From Camelus dromedarius (taxonomy: Eukaryota), in contig NC_087436.1 in NCBI RefSeq assembly GCF_036321535.1, forward strand, positions 87,174,001 to 87,238,000: a stretch of 64,000 bases of DNA, given 5' to 3'. Made by a program: the position numbers and the translations under genes. The notes below the pieces were generated by a model that saw nothing but the letters and a program-made list of their open reading frames with translations, made no database searches and was not told where the DNA came from. This document shows positions 52,036-64,000 of the stretch, piece by piece; position 1 is the first letter of the stretch; every line of letters starts with the position of its first letter.

Positions 52036-55000
52036 CTCCTGCCTCTGTTTTTTTTTAATTATCATTTAATACTAGGTCCATATTCAGATTTTCCTGATTG
52101 TCTCAAAACTCTTTTTACAGTTTTTTTTTTTTCCCAATCAGAATCCAAACAAGATCGGCACATAGCATTTGGCTATGTCTTTATGTCTCTTTTATTTGAA
52201 CAAAATTCTCTTTTACCTGATAACTGATTTGTTGTAGAAATAGGGTAATCTGTCCTGTAAAATGACCCACATTCTGGATGCGTCTTTTTGTTTCCCCTTA
52301 TGGTCATTTAACATGTTTCTTTATCCTCAATTAACTTGTTTCTTTTTATCTAACTTGTTTGTTTTCTATTAACTGGCTTGATGAGATTCAAATTGAATGT
52401 GGGGGCAAGAAGACGTCAGTGTTTCTGGGTGCGTCAAATCACAAGGCACACTTGTCCCATTTTTCTAGGCTTCATAAGTGGGTTGAGGTGGTGTCCTCCA
52501 CTACCAAGTTAGCCATTACCCTTTCACTGAATGGCTTTTGTTTCCACTTATGTTCATTCCTTAATCTCTTTATTCTATTAATTGCTGTAAAATAGCAATT
52601 AGAAATTTAAAAAAAATCATTCCTTGTATATTTACTAGCTGGACTTCTACAAAAAACAACTTTCCCCTCAAACATTATTTGATTACCCCCAAAAATAAGT
52701 CATAAGGGAAAAGCAGGATAAACTCTTCCTTTGCCTTCCCCTCCCACCCTGAAATTTCAGAGTAATACAGCCTCAATAATGATACAGTGGTTTCATATTA
52801 TCATGAATTCAAGATTTTTATGTTTTACATTTCATCAAAAATATGTCCTTAAAATTGATGCTGGAGATGGAATCATGAAATGTTGGCATCAGCCCTCTGA
52901 GACAGCATTTCTCACAGTCTGGCCACAGATCATAGCTATCAGAATCCCCTGGGGCATTGACTAACGTGTAAATTCCTGGTCCTCACCGGGATCTACTGGG
53001 TCAGCATCTTCAGAAGTACAGCTCTGGAATCTGCATTTCTAACAAACTTCTCTAGGGATTTCTAAAATGGAATGAAAGCTATGGAATGGAGAGCTTTATG
53101 GGATGACCTCAGAGCTTGGGAGCAAAGCACCAAGTAGGTACACATCTGAGCAGTTACTTCACAATAAGGTCATAAGATCAATGACCACTGATAATTTAAG
53201 AAAAGAGAGGATGGATAAATGAGCTCCTTCAAGAAGGACCCAGCAGACAAGAGTAGTGCTGTGCAGTCCTGGACGCCTTCCAGTGCTGCACCCTGGCTGG
53301 GACAATCTGGATTCTGAATACCTATTGTTATTAGAACTCGGGAAACCTTCACAACAGCAAATCCTGTACAATGTGGCTCACATGGGTCTAACTAACCACT
53401 CCCGTGGAGTCCCATGGACCAGTGTTACTCGGGTCCATATCCTCAGATCCTGCACAGCCGCGGTCCCCTGGGCCCCAGAGGCTCCCACTGCATGATCTGT
53501 GCCATCACATCAGGTGTGGTTCCACATCCATTAGGAAATGGGGTGCCATTCGTACTTGAAGGATCCCTTAGCACTGTTATCATACGGCCCATTTTTGAAT
53601 TGCTCATCTCCTCCAGAGAACACACTTTCAGTATTTTATTAACGTCCCCTAATGCTTGACATTTTGAGCAAAACATTTGTTTAGTTGGTTTTCCATAAAA
53701 GTGATGATCCATTTTTGTAATTTCATTTGCCTTTATTTATTGAATTTTAAATAGCATTGTTGAATGCACTGACTCACAGGGGTAAAAAATACAGATGCTT
53801 AGAAGAAGAGCCAAACTTGCAGATCTTGCCAATTGAATTTTCTGCAGATTAGAGAAAGCTAAACTACTTCTCTCAGCATTTTTCTGCCATGTACTTGGGA
53901 AGAGAGAATGGCAATCAGGTTCCTGGGGCGTAACGGAAGTCCCAGATCTCCCTGAATGAATGCAGCCCCATTGTGTGCCCGCGAAGCTCTGCATTGTGCC
54001 AACATCCAGCCCATGGAAAGGGCATGGCAAAGGACAGCATCAGGCAATCCAGCAGGGCCCCGCAGGGGACCAGAATTATACCCAGCCTGCTTTGAGATTC
54101 TTCAAGTTGCTGCCAAAGCCCTGGCACTGAGCTCCCAGCAGAAGCCTGGCCTTGATACTATTTGATGAGGGCAGAAGTCATCAATTCGAATGCCTATGGG
54201 GGCTGCGAAGGCAGACTAAAGGAGTGAAGAGGCCTAGATAGGAGACTGATGAATTAGGGAGACACGTTCCCACTGAAGGCGGCCATCCCAGTCAGCTTCT
54301 CCTGGCTGTTACCAGGAATGAGGTCCTCGAATGGCAAGAGTTTCTGATATTTCAAGAGATAATTCTGATCATCTGAATTTTTATGTGAACTCTCTAGATT
54401 TCAGATGTTGGCATTAATTCAAACAGACTTCAAACACCATGATGGTTAAACTAAATATGTCTGTGGGCCATCACTTTGGGGCTTTTGATTTTAGGGGATA
54501 CAGTACCTTAAATTAATATCGCAGTGAAATAGTGGAGAACTTATTATTTCCCAGACCAAGATGGTGAGAGAGTCTGTAGCTGGTTTTCTGATGCTGTTAG
54601 CAGAGACTCAAACCATGAACCTTCTAGGGATAAATTAGTTATATTTTCGTCAGTAGCCAGAGGCTAGACATTTGCAGTTGTGTGTCATTTGTCATCTAGA
54701 AGCTCTGGATGAATGTGTATTGATGAGTGAAGAGCCATAACTCAAAGTCCACGGTCTACTGATTGTGGGTCAACGGTGACATCTTCCTATAAGGAAGCTA
54801 TCGCATTACAGAACTAGTGCCCCGACCCCTTGAGTCCTCAGAGAAAGACAGAGTTGAATATTTATATGGATTGCTTTATAAAACTCTAAGCCCTGACTTG
54901 CTGGCAAAGAAAGTAGTGAGAATTGAGACAGACTTTTGTCTTTCTGAAGAGTGACAGCTGGATAGCATGTTCTGTTGGGACTAGATTTCAGTGTCAAGTT

Positions 55001-55655
55001 GTCTTCTAATTAGTCAGAGAGAAAACACAGCTCTATAATTACAACATGTGGACACAGGGTTCTCTCATGGTTAACTAAGTGCACTTACAAAATTAATCCA
55101 TACTTTGGGAAATTAAATTGAGTTTAAAGAGAAATTTTAGACTTAAGAAAGTACATTGAGTAAAATTTTGGGTATCCTATAAAAGACTAGGGGTGTATGG
55201 ACTAGAATTCTAGTTCTGGCTTTGCTTGCAGTTGGTATGGGTCTTAATTATTTAACCTCTCCTGGTTCCAAGTTGGTTGAATTAGATGAATCTAACTGTA
55301 AGACTCAATTATTCTATAGTTTACCCTTCGTTTTTTAAAAGCTGGTTGTTTTTCTGTTGTTGCTTACAGTTGTTGACTATTAATTTCTCTATCTTGCTTT
55401 GTTTTGAGGAGACATTTGATGAATCCTTCTGTTTGCTAGATGGTTCACATGTCTATGTTATTGGTTTTATGTTAGTTGGGACATAGACTGCTCATGAGAT
55501 GGGTCTAAAAGGAAATAGGATGATGTGGACTCAGTATCAAAAATATTTTAAAGAGCATTGTGAAGTTATATATGGTTCTCTCTGTTCCGCTATAAAAGGA
55601 AACTTAATTAGTTGTTAATTAAAATACAGTACTTCAACACCACAATGAAATACAA

Positions 55656-55701
55656 ATATATATGGAGGTATATATATATATATATATACCTCCATATATA
55701 T
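55656..55701. repeat. Perfect 46-bp palindrome built on (TA)n
   Basis: atatatatggagg(ta)10cctccatatatat is its own reverse complement. Confidence 0.95.
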
Positions 55702-55709
55702 ATATATAC

Positions 55710-56397
55710 AGTCACCAAAATGGCTGAAGTTAAAAAGCCTGATAATACTAACTGTAGGGAGGATGTGAAGCAAGGAGAGCTCTGATGCTGCTAGTGCAAA
55801 TGTAAGTTAGTATGACCACTTTAAAAACAGGTTTGGCATTACTGGTCCAAGTTGAACACATGCATACCCTATGACCCAGCAACTTACACCTAAGTGTATA
55901 CCCAACAGAAATGTGTGCATGTGTTTACCAAAGGACACATACAATAACATTCACAGAAGAATTTCTGGTAATAACCTAGAAATGAGTCAAATATCCGTCA
56001 GTGTTGAATTTGTATATAAACTGTGATGTCTACATACAATGGAACACTATATAGCAACAAAAACTAATGAGCTACAGCTTTTCTGAGCAACATGGCTGAA
56101 TCTCATAAACATAATATTGAGCAAAAGAAGCCAGGAGGAAAAAGAGTTACAGGCTGCATGATTTTATTTATGTAGACACAAAAAGAACCTAGGCAAAACT
56201 AAGCTATGGTTTTAGAAGTCAGAAGAGAGGTTACCCTTGGGGGGAGAGAGGACAGTGATTGGGAGAAGCATGAGGGAGAACTTCAGTGATGGCAGTAAAG
56301 TTCTATTATTTCTCTACCTGGGTGGTGGCTGTACAGGTGTGCCTGTTCTGTGACAATTCACTTAAGATTTATGCATGTATGTATGTTTTAATTAAAA
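55710..56397 (+). mobile_element. Old L1 (L1ME/L1MC-like) 3' region
   Basis: cataccctatgacccagcaac...atacaatggaacactatatagc...agaagtcagaagagaggttaccctt. Confidence 0.7.
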
Positions 56398-56410
56398 TTA
56401 AATATTCTCA

Positions 56411-56495
56411 GGGGGAGGGTATTGCTCAGTGGTAGAGTGCATGCTTAGCATGCACAAGATCCTGGGTTCAATCCCCAGTGTTTCCATTAAAAAAA
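56411..56495 (+). mobile_element. tRNA-derived SINE (Vic-type) abutting L1 ORF2
   Basis: gggggagggtattgctcagtggtagagtgcatgcttagcatgcacaagatcctgggttcaatccccag plus a short A tail. Confidence 0.88.
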
Positions 56496-59419
56496 ATTAA
56501 CAACCAACATCACATAAATACAAAACCCATAAGAGATACTATGAACAACTATATGGCAACAAATTGGACAACCCAGAAGAAATGGACAAAGTTCCTAGAA
56601 ACATACAGTCCACCAAAATTGAATCAAGAAGAAATAGATAATTTGAACAGACCCATTACTAGGAAGTAAAACAGGATCAGAAATAAAAAACTTCCCTGCA
56701 GACAAAAGTCCAGGACCAGGTGGCTTCACTGGGGAATTCTACCAAACATACAAAGAAAAACTCATACAAATCCTTCTCAAACTTTTCCAAAAGATTGAAG
56801 AGGAGGGAATACTCCCAAAATTCATTCTGCGAAGCCACCGTCACTCTAATATCAAAACCATATAAAGACACTATCAAAAAAGAAAATTATAGGCCAATAT
56901 TGTTGATAAACATAGATGGAAAATCCTCAACAAAATATTAGCAAACAGAATCCAACAACACATAAAAAAAGACAATAAAGATCATATATTATGATCAAGT
57001 TGGATTCATTCCAGGGACACAAGGACGGTTCAACATACACAAATCAATCAGCGTGATACACCACATCAACAAGAGAAAGGACAAAAACCACACAATCATC
57101 TCAATCGATGCAGAAAAAGCATGTGATAAAATTCAACACCCATTTATGATAAAACTCTTACCAAAGTGGGTATAGAGGGAACATATCTCAACATAATAAA
57201 AGCTATTTATAACAAACCCACAGCCAACATAATACACAACGGTGAAAGACTGAAAGCCTTCCCCATAAAATCTGGAACAAGACCAGGATGCCCACTCTTA
57301 TCACTTCTATTCAGCATAGTATTGGAAGTCCTAGCCACAGCAATCAGACAAGACATAAAAGGGATCCAAATTGGAAGAGAAAAGGGAAAATTGTCACTAT
57401 ATGCAGATGACATGATACCATATATAGAAAACCCTAAAGGCTCCATATAAAAACTACCAGGGCTGATAAAAGAATTCAGCAAGGTAGCAGGATACAAGAT
57501 TAACATACAGAAATCAGTTGCATTTCTTTATACTAACAATGAAATATCAGAAAAGGAAAGTAAAGAAATAATCCCTTTTAAAATTGCATTAAAAAAAATA
57601 CTTAGGAGTAAATCTGACCAAGAGGTGAAAGACTTATATGTGGAGAACAAAACATGGATTAAGGAAATTAAAGATGATTTAAAGAAATGGAAAGATAACC
57701 CATGCTCTTAGATTGGAAGAATTAACATTGTTAAAATGGCCATATTACCCAAAGCAATCTACAGATTTAATGAGATCCCTATCAAATTACCCAGGACATT
57801 TTTCACAGAACTAAAAAAAAAATCCTAAAATTTATATGAAATCACAAAAGACCCAGAATTGCCAAAGCAATCCTGAAGAAAAAGAATGAAGCTGGAGGAA
57901 TAACCCTCTCAGACTTCAGACAATACTACAGAGCTATAGTAATCAGAACAGCATGGAATTGACACAAAAACAGACATATGGATCAGTGGAACAGAATAGA
58001 GAGCCCACAAATAAACCCACAGACTTTTGGTCAATTAATCTTTCATAAAGGAGGCAAGAATACACAATGGAGAAAGGGCAGTCTCTTCAGCAGGTGGTGT
58101 TGGGAAAACTGGGCAGCTGCATGTAAATCAATGCACTTAGAACACTCCCTCACACTATACACAAAAATAAACTCAAAATGGCTTAAAGACTTAAACATAA
58201 GACAAGACACTATAGACCTGCTAGAAGAAAACATAGGCAAAACATTTTCTGACATCAATCTTAGCAATGTTCTCCTAGGGCAGTCTACCCAGGCAATAGG
58301 AATAAAAGCAAAAATAAACAAATGAGGCCTTATTAAACTTACAAGCTTTTGCACAGCAAGGGAAACCATAAGCAAAGGAAAATGACAACCTACAGACTAG
58401 AAGAAAATATTTGCAAATGATGTGACTGACAAGGGCTTAATCTCCAGAATATATAAATAGCTGATACAATTTAATGACGACAATAACAGGCAGAAGAACT
58501 AAACAGGCAATTCTCCAATGAAGACATACAAATGGCCAACAGGCACGTAAAAAAAATGTTCAATATTGCTAATTATCAGAGAAATGCAAATCCAAAGTAC
58601 AACGAGCTATCACCTCACACTGGTCAGAATGGCCATCATTCAAAAGTCCACAAATGATAAATGCTGGAGAGGGTGTGGAGAAAAGGGAACCCTCCTACAC
58701 TGTTGGTGGGAATGTAGTTTGGTGTGGCCATTATGGAAAACAATATGGAGATTCCTCAAAAAACTTAAAATAGACTTACCATATGATCCAACAATCCCAC
58801 TTCTGGGCATATATCCAGAGGGAACTCTTAATTTGAAAAGATATGTACACCCTGATGTTCACAGCAGCACTATTTACAATAGCCAAGACATGAAAACAAC
58901 CTAAAATGTCCAACAGATGACTGAAAAAAGAAGTTGTGGTATATTTATACAACAAAATACTACTCAGCCATAAAAAGAGTAAAATAATGCCATTTGCAGC
59001 AACATAGATGGACATGAAGATCATCATTCTAAGTGAAATCAACCAGAAAGAGAAAGAAAAATACCATATGATATCACTCATATGTCATATCTTAAAAAAA
59101 AAAAAGGACACAAATGAACTTATTTACAAAATAGAAACAAACTCACAGACATAGAAAACAAACTTATGGTTACCAGGGGAGACAGGGGGTGGAAGGGGAT
59201 AATTTGCGAGCTCGAAATTTGCAGATACTAACTACTATATATAAAATAGATAAACAAGTTTCTTCTGTATAGGACAGGGAACTGCATTCAATATCTTGTA
59301 GTAACCTACAATGAAAAAGAAGATGAAAATGGACATACGTATGTATATGTATGACTGAAACACTATGAAGTACAGCAGAAATTGACAGATTGTAAAGTGA
59401 CCATATTTCAATAAAAAAA
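56496..59419 (+). mobile_element. 5'-truncated LINE-1 with disrupted ORF2 (RT and C-terminal domains), 3'UTR and poly-A
   Basis: ORF-track fragments [22 protein letters not shown]...SGTRPGCPL...YADDMI, MDQWNRIESP and [18 protein letters not shown]; ends aataaaaaaa. Confidence 0.95.
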
Positions 59420-62400
59420 CATTTTTAATTATTCTGAATGTTTTAATTAAAAGCATTAAAAACATACAAAAATTTCAAGCTTTGTGCTCATGCTCAGAGC
59501 TAATAACAAGAGCTCTCTTAAAGTTGTAATAACCAATAGGAATCAGTAATAAATAACTGTTGCTGAAACATTATTTCATAATAGTGACTCCAACTAAATC
59601 TCTCATAATTACCACCCTGCTAAAAGGAAGATAAGCTACCTTGAATTGTCCTTTTTATTTAAAAATAAAGCCTAAACAACAATGAGCATTGTGTGCTTAA
59701 AATGGAAGCATCTACAGTGTCATTGTTTCAAAGGTTCCAAATGAACCAGAGACAACATAAATCATTTGATAATTGTGTGACTCAATTTACTCTTGGAACT
59801 TTTGAATCCATTTACCTAGTTCCTGGGGATCTTGAAAGGCTTATCAAATGAGTGTGTACAGCACTCAGAACTGTCAGCGCCTCACAACCCACCTTTTTGG
59901 CCACTGGTGACAGCAGGCGATGACCCATATACGTGTGAAGCTTTATAAGGTACAGGGCACCACAGTCAGAAGTAGGATCTGCTCCTGTGGTCTGATCAGT
60001 GTCACCCTTAGTCTGGCTGCCTGACCCTATTTTCTGAGAAGAAATGCAAGAGCAGAACACTAACCCCTGACTGGAGACAAAGCTGTACAGTGAGAGTGTT
60101 CAGGACAGCCTTATCTTGTTTTCAATGAACCGCATGGTTGTTAGCTTTCTAGAAGGGCAGGGCCAAAAAGGAGAATTAAAGGTGAGCCCCCCTGAGGGAA
60201 GTCTCATTCTAGGTGCCACTTGTGAATCCCTGCCCTCCCACCAGGTGGCAGTGGTGGTAGGGAGGTTTTCAAAGCTACGGAAGTGATGACACCTGGGCTG
60301 GAAGCACACCAGAGTATAATCTGGCGAGAAGGCATACATCTTTCCTTTATTGTGGTTAGTGTTTATGGACATGAAAGGAATGTAAATACCCCCAAAGACA
60401 GCCTGTTCTAAATCCGATTAGGCTATTAGAACAACTATTCACTTACTCCAGAGAGTCCGTACTTAGAGCTCTTTCAATCTTACCCTCTTTCAACCACTCA
60501 TTCAACAAATGTATTAAGTGCCTTCTATGTGCCTTACTATTCTGAGGATGTGGCAGTAAACAAAACAGTCCAAACCCCTCGGGAGTGATGGAGCTTCCAT
60601 TCCTGTCCACTAAGAAAATGGGGGCATCTCATGTTAATTCCCTCAACCCAACGGATGGACTTCTTCCTTTCCAAAGCTCTTGGGCCCTCAATCTGCCCCC
60701 CTACCCCTGCCTTCTAATAAGGGCACTCCATTAAGCCTCATTTCTAGGTTCGCTAGCTCCTCGCGTTTTGATGATAAATGTACTAATAATCATGATAAAA
60801 AAGGACAAATAAAATGACCAAACCCTTCCACTGATTCTTTTGCCTCCCTTAAGCTGCTGAGATCTCTCCTAGAAAGTTTCATTTCTAAATGAGGGAAGTT
60901 CATTTGCTCCAACCTCCTCTCCACACACTTACCAACTAAATCCTGCCCTCCCCATACCCATGAGGGCTGTAAATTCTATATAACCCAGATCAGAACTTGG
61001 AGGAAAGAGAAAACCCCCAGGAAAGCAGGATGGTAAGTAAAAAGTGAGCCAAGTGTTGCAGGTAAGTAATTAATTACCTGTTAATTATCTGAGAGCCTCC
61101 TGTGTGCACCTAGCATTGTGCCAGGCATCTTAGGCTTCTAAAGAAATGTCAAAAGTGACCCTTGATAAAAACCTACCAAGGAAGATGAGACTAAAAAGAC
61201 TTCCTCTGGGAGTGAGGTCTGAACTGAGTTTTGAGGAGTGGACTTGAAATAGAAGGGACAGTAATCAGTTGAGGAGGGGAGGGGTGTGAAGGCTGCAGGC
61301 CTGGAAGCAGGAAGGGAGAGTGCCGTACTTGATTTAAAGGTAAGAGGAGATGGGGCAGAGCCGGATTTGGGAGGTCTCTGCAAAAAAGGCAGAGCTCCAC
61401 TCCGTGAAGGTAACTTTGAGCTCTTCCATTGTCTACTACCCTGTCTCTCCTTCCCTTGAAAGCCACATGTCTTCAGTCTCTTTTCTCACCTCCCTCTCAT
61501 TTATTAATCCATCCCATTATGGATTATCCAATATCCAAACCATTCCATGCAAACTGCCCTTGACAGAATTCAAATAACTCTTGAGTAACAGGCTCTGGTG
61601 AAATAATGCTTAAATGAACCCAGGCAAGTTACTGAAATTCTCTGAGCCTCAGTTTTCTCTTCTTTAAAATAGGGTTTATAATGGTGCCTTCCTCAAAGGA
61701 TTGTCAGAAGGATTAAATGCATTTTAAAGTCATGCTGAAGAACTGAACATTGTTACTATGATTATTTATCTTCTTTAATTTCTTAGCTGTATTTGATACT
61801 TTTGACCACCCCTTTCCATCCTGAAATACTCTGGCATTTGCAATGCTGGATACATGTTTGCTTTTCTTCTACCACTTTAGAAGCACTGCAGTAGTTTTCT
61901 TTGGATCCCCTTCCTCTGCCTGATCCTTGCACGGTGGAGCTCTTCCTAACTACCCCTTTGTCTCAGGCAAAACTCCTTGGTAAAACCCTCCCTAGGCAAT
62001 TTCATCCATAACCATGTGTCCTCTGTTATCTTATATATTAATTACTCTTAGATTTACCTCCAGTCCAGACCTCTCTTCTGAGCACCAGACTGGTACCTGA
62101 TGTAACTCTGCAGGTGTTTCATGGTTATCACTGACTCAGCACCTCTGAAACCAAGCACACTTCCTCCCAACCACCTACACCTACACCTTCTCCGTCAGCA
62201 TTCCCTAGCGTAGACAATGACATTCCCTTTCACTCTGGTCAGAAACTTGAGATTCATCATTGACTCAGCCTTGTCCCTCATCCCAGTCAATCACCAAATT
62301 CAGCTACCTACATCCAAAAAAGTCTACAATCTGTCTACTTCTCCCTTTTCCACTGCTACTCTGTACCTATTCCTGGGATACTGACAACTCTGCGACTCTC

Positions 62401-63299
62401 TCTCCACAGATTTCTAACTGGCCTCCCCTAGACAGCAGCCAGCTGGAGTAATCTTTCAGTGAATCAAAGTGTATTAGCAAATAAAATCTAATCATGTTCC
62501 AACCTAGCTGAAAAGTCCTTCAATGGCATTTCAATTGACACTTCAAAATATGCCAAATGTTCCGAAGACTTAGGGAATTCTAACCACCCATAAATGCACT
62601 CATGATTTTCGATGCTGTTTCCTTACAGCAGGAACTCACTCCAAAATCAGCTTATCCTTATTTTATACTAACTGCATGCAGAAAGGGGTGAAGACATTCA
62701 TAAACAATGCCAACGAACACCGCATTAGAAATGGAGCTGGGCAAGGGCTGTGACTGCCTTCTTTTATCCTAGGGTCACCAGTGCCTCACACAGCATCTGG
62801 CATTTATTAAAGTATGTCTTTAATAAATATTTGTTCGACACAAGATGAAAAAGGAAAAAAGGCTGTCATAAAGTTCCTCACGAACTGAAATATAATCCTC
62901 AGAAACCAGTCTGATTTTAAACTTCCACCTACATCCAGGAAAGTGTTTTTCCCCCCAGACAGTCAAATGTTTACTAGCATTTGCATCTCAAATGAGCTGC
63001 AGTAACCTATTTGGCAATGAGGATAAAAGGAAAGGAATGAATGTGCCAGGCACAGTGCCTGAGGCCGGATGAGATTTTTTAAATGCCCAAGACAAGGTTC
63101 CTTCCCTTCAGAAGCTTCTGGGATACTCGGAGAGAGGCAATTAACCAAATATTTAATATTTGGTTTCTTGGCTGCTCTTACAGACAAGGCACTGTCTTTC
63201 TTAGGTGTAAAATGGTGAGCAAAAACAGACCTCTGTCTCATTTTACATCTAATGAAGGGCTGGGGAACAGACATTAATCAAACAATCACATGCACAATA

Positions 63300-63530
63300 A
63301 TAATAGCAGCGATCACTTTGGTGGTGGTTAGCATGTGCTAGGCATATTTTTAGCACTCTACGTAAACTAACACCATCACAATCTGTGAGGGGGCCTCATC
63401 TTCATTTTATAGATACAGAAACTTTGGCACAGAGAAGTGAAGGCACTACCCAAGATGATACAGCTAGCCCAGACAGTCTGGATGCAGGATTCATTTTTTA
63501 ACCACCCCTCTACTACCTCCATGCTGTGTG
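63300..63530 (-). mobile_element. MIR SINE fragment
   Basis: cattttatagatacagaaactttggcacagagaagtgaaggcactacccaagatgatacagctag. Confidence 0.65.
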
Positions 63531-64000
63531 CTGTACGTACGGCATAGCCATATTTACAAATATAAGGTCCACAAAGGGAAGATCCATGGTGCTGTAAGAA
63601 TATATGATAAAGGCATCCCATCTTGTCTCAGGTCATCTGAAGGCTGAGCGGTGTTAACTAAGCAAAGAGGGGAAGCAGGAGGGGTGCCAACACAAAACTG
63701 GTAACAACAGAAGGGCTAGAAAGGAACCACCTGGATACATATCATTAGTGGTGGTGGGAAGCAATCTTGGAAGGCAACATGGAGAAGGCCGATCTGGAGA
63801 AGGAAGACCTAGAAAGATCTGTTTAGCGGGTAGAGAAGAGAGCAAAAGAAAACATCATGAATTCAGAATGAATTAATGAATTTGGGGCACAGGGAGACAA
63901 TGGTGTATTAGAATTGTTTCAGTTGTGAGTAGCAGACACCCAATTTGAACTGCCAAAGAAAACAAGGACTTTACCACCTCGAGTTGCTGAAGAGTCCAGG

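Noticed and set aside
53159..54165. Cluster of short ORFs on both strands resembling a processed pseudogene
   Set aside because: I cannot match any translation to a known protein, and there is no poly-A or TSD. A translated homology search would settle it.

Overview
Mammalian genomic DNA, probably camelid: it carries tRNA-derived Vic-type SINEs and camelid-style L1 3' tails. I find no intact protein-coding gene, and most of the window is old interspersed repeat (L1, L2, MIR, MLT1, MER5, MER21, Tigger, mariner). The core of the window is the DANCR / ERVMER34-1 (HEMO) locus. A complete DANCR snoRNA-host lncRNA lies on the minus strand at about 44.4-46.1 kb, with a MIR4449-like hairpin in intron 1 and SNORA26 in intron 2. 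An inverted paralogue of its 5' half lies on the plus strand at about 23.0-24.25 kb, comprising the CpG promoter, exon 2, the MIR4449-like hairpin and a second intact SNORA26. This copy sits directly upstream of a 5'-deleted MER34-type provirus consisting of a pol tail, a frameshifted HEMO env pseudogene and a 3' LTR. The two arms are heavily diverged at their outer ends but about 96% identical (manual count) across a ~760-bp core with patchy differences, which suggests an old duplication homogenised by gene conversion. A third, unexplained CpG promoter sits in the spacer. Gene identifications rest on my recollection of the human sequences and should be confirmed by alignment. Repeat boundaries are approximate.
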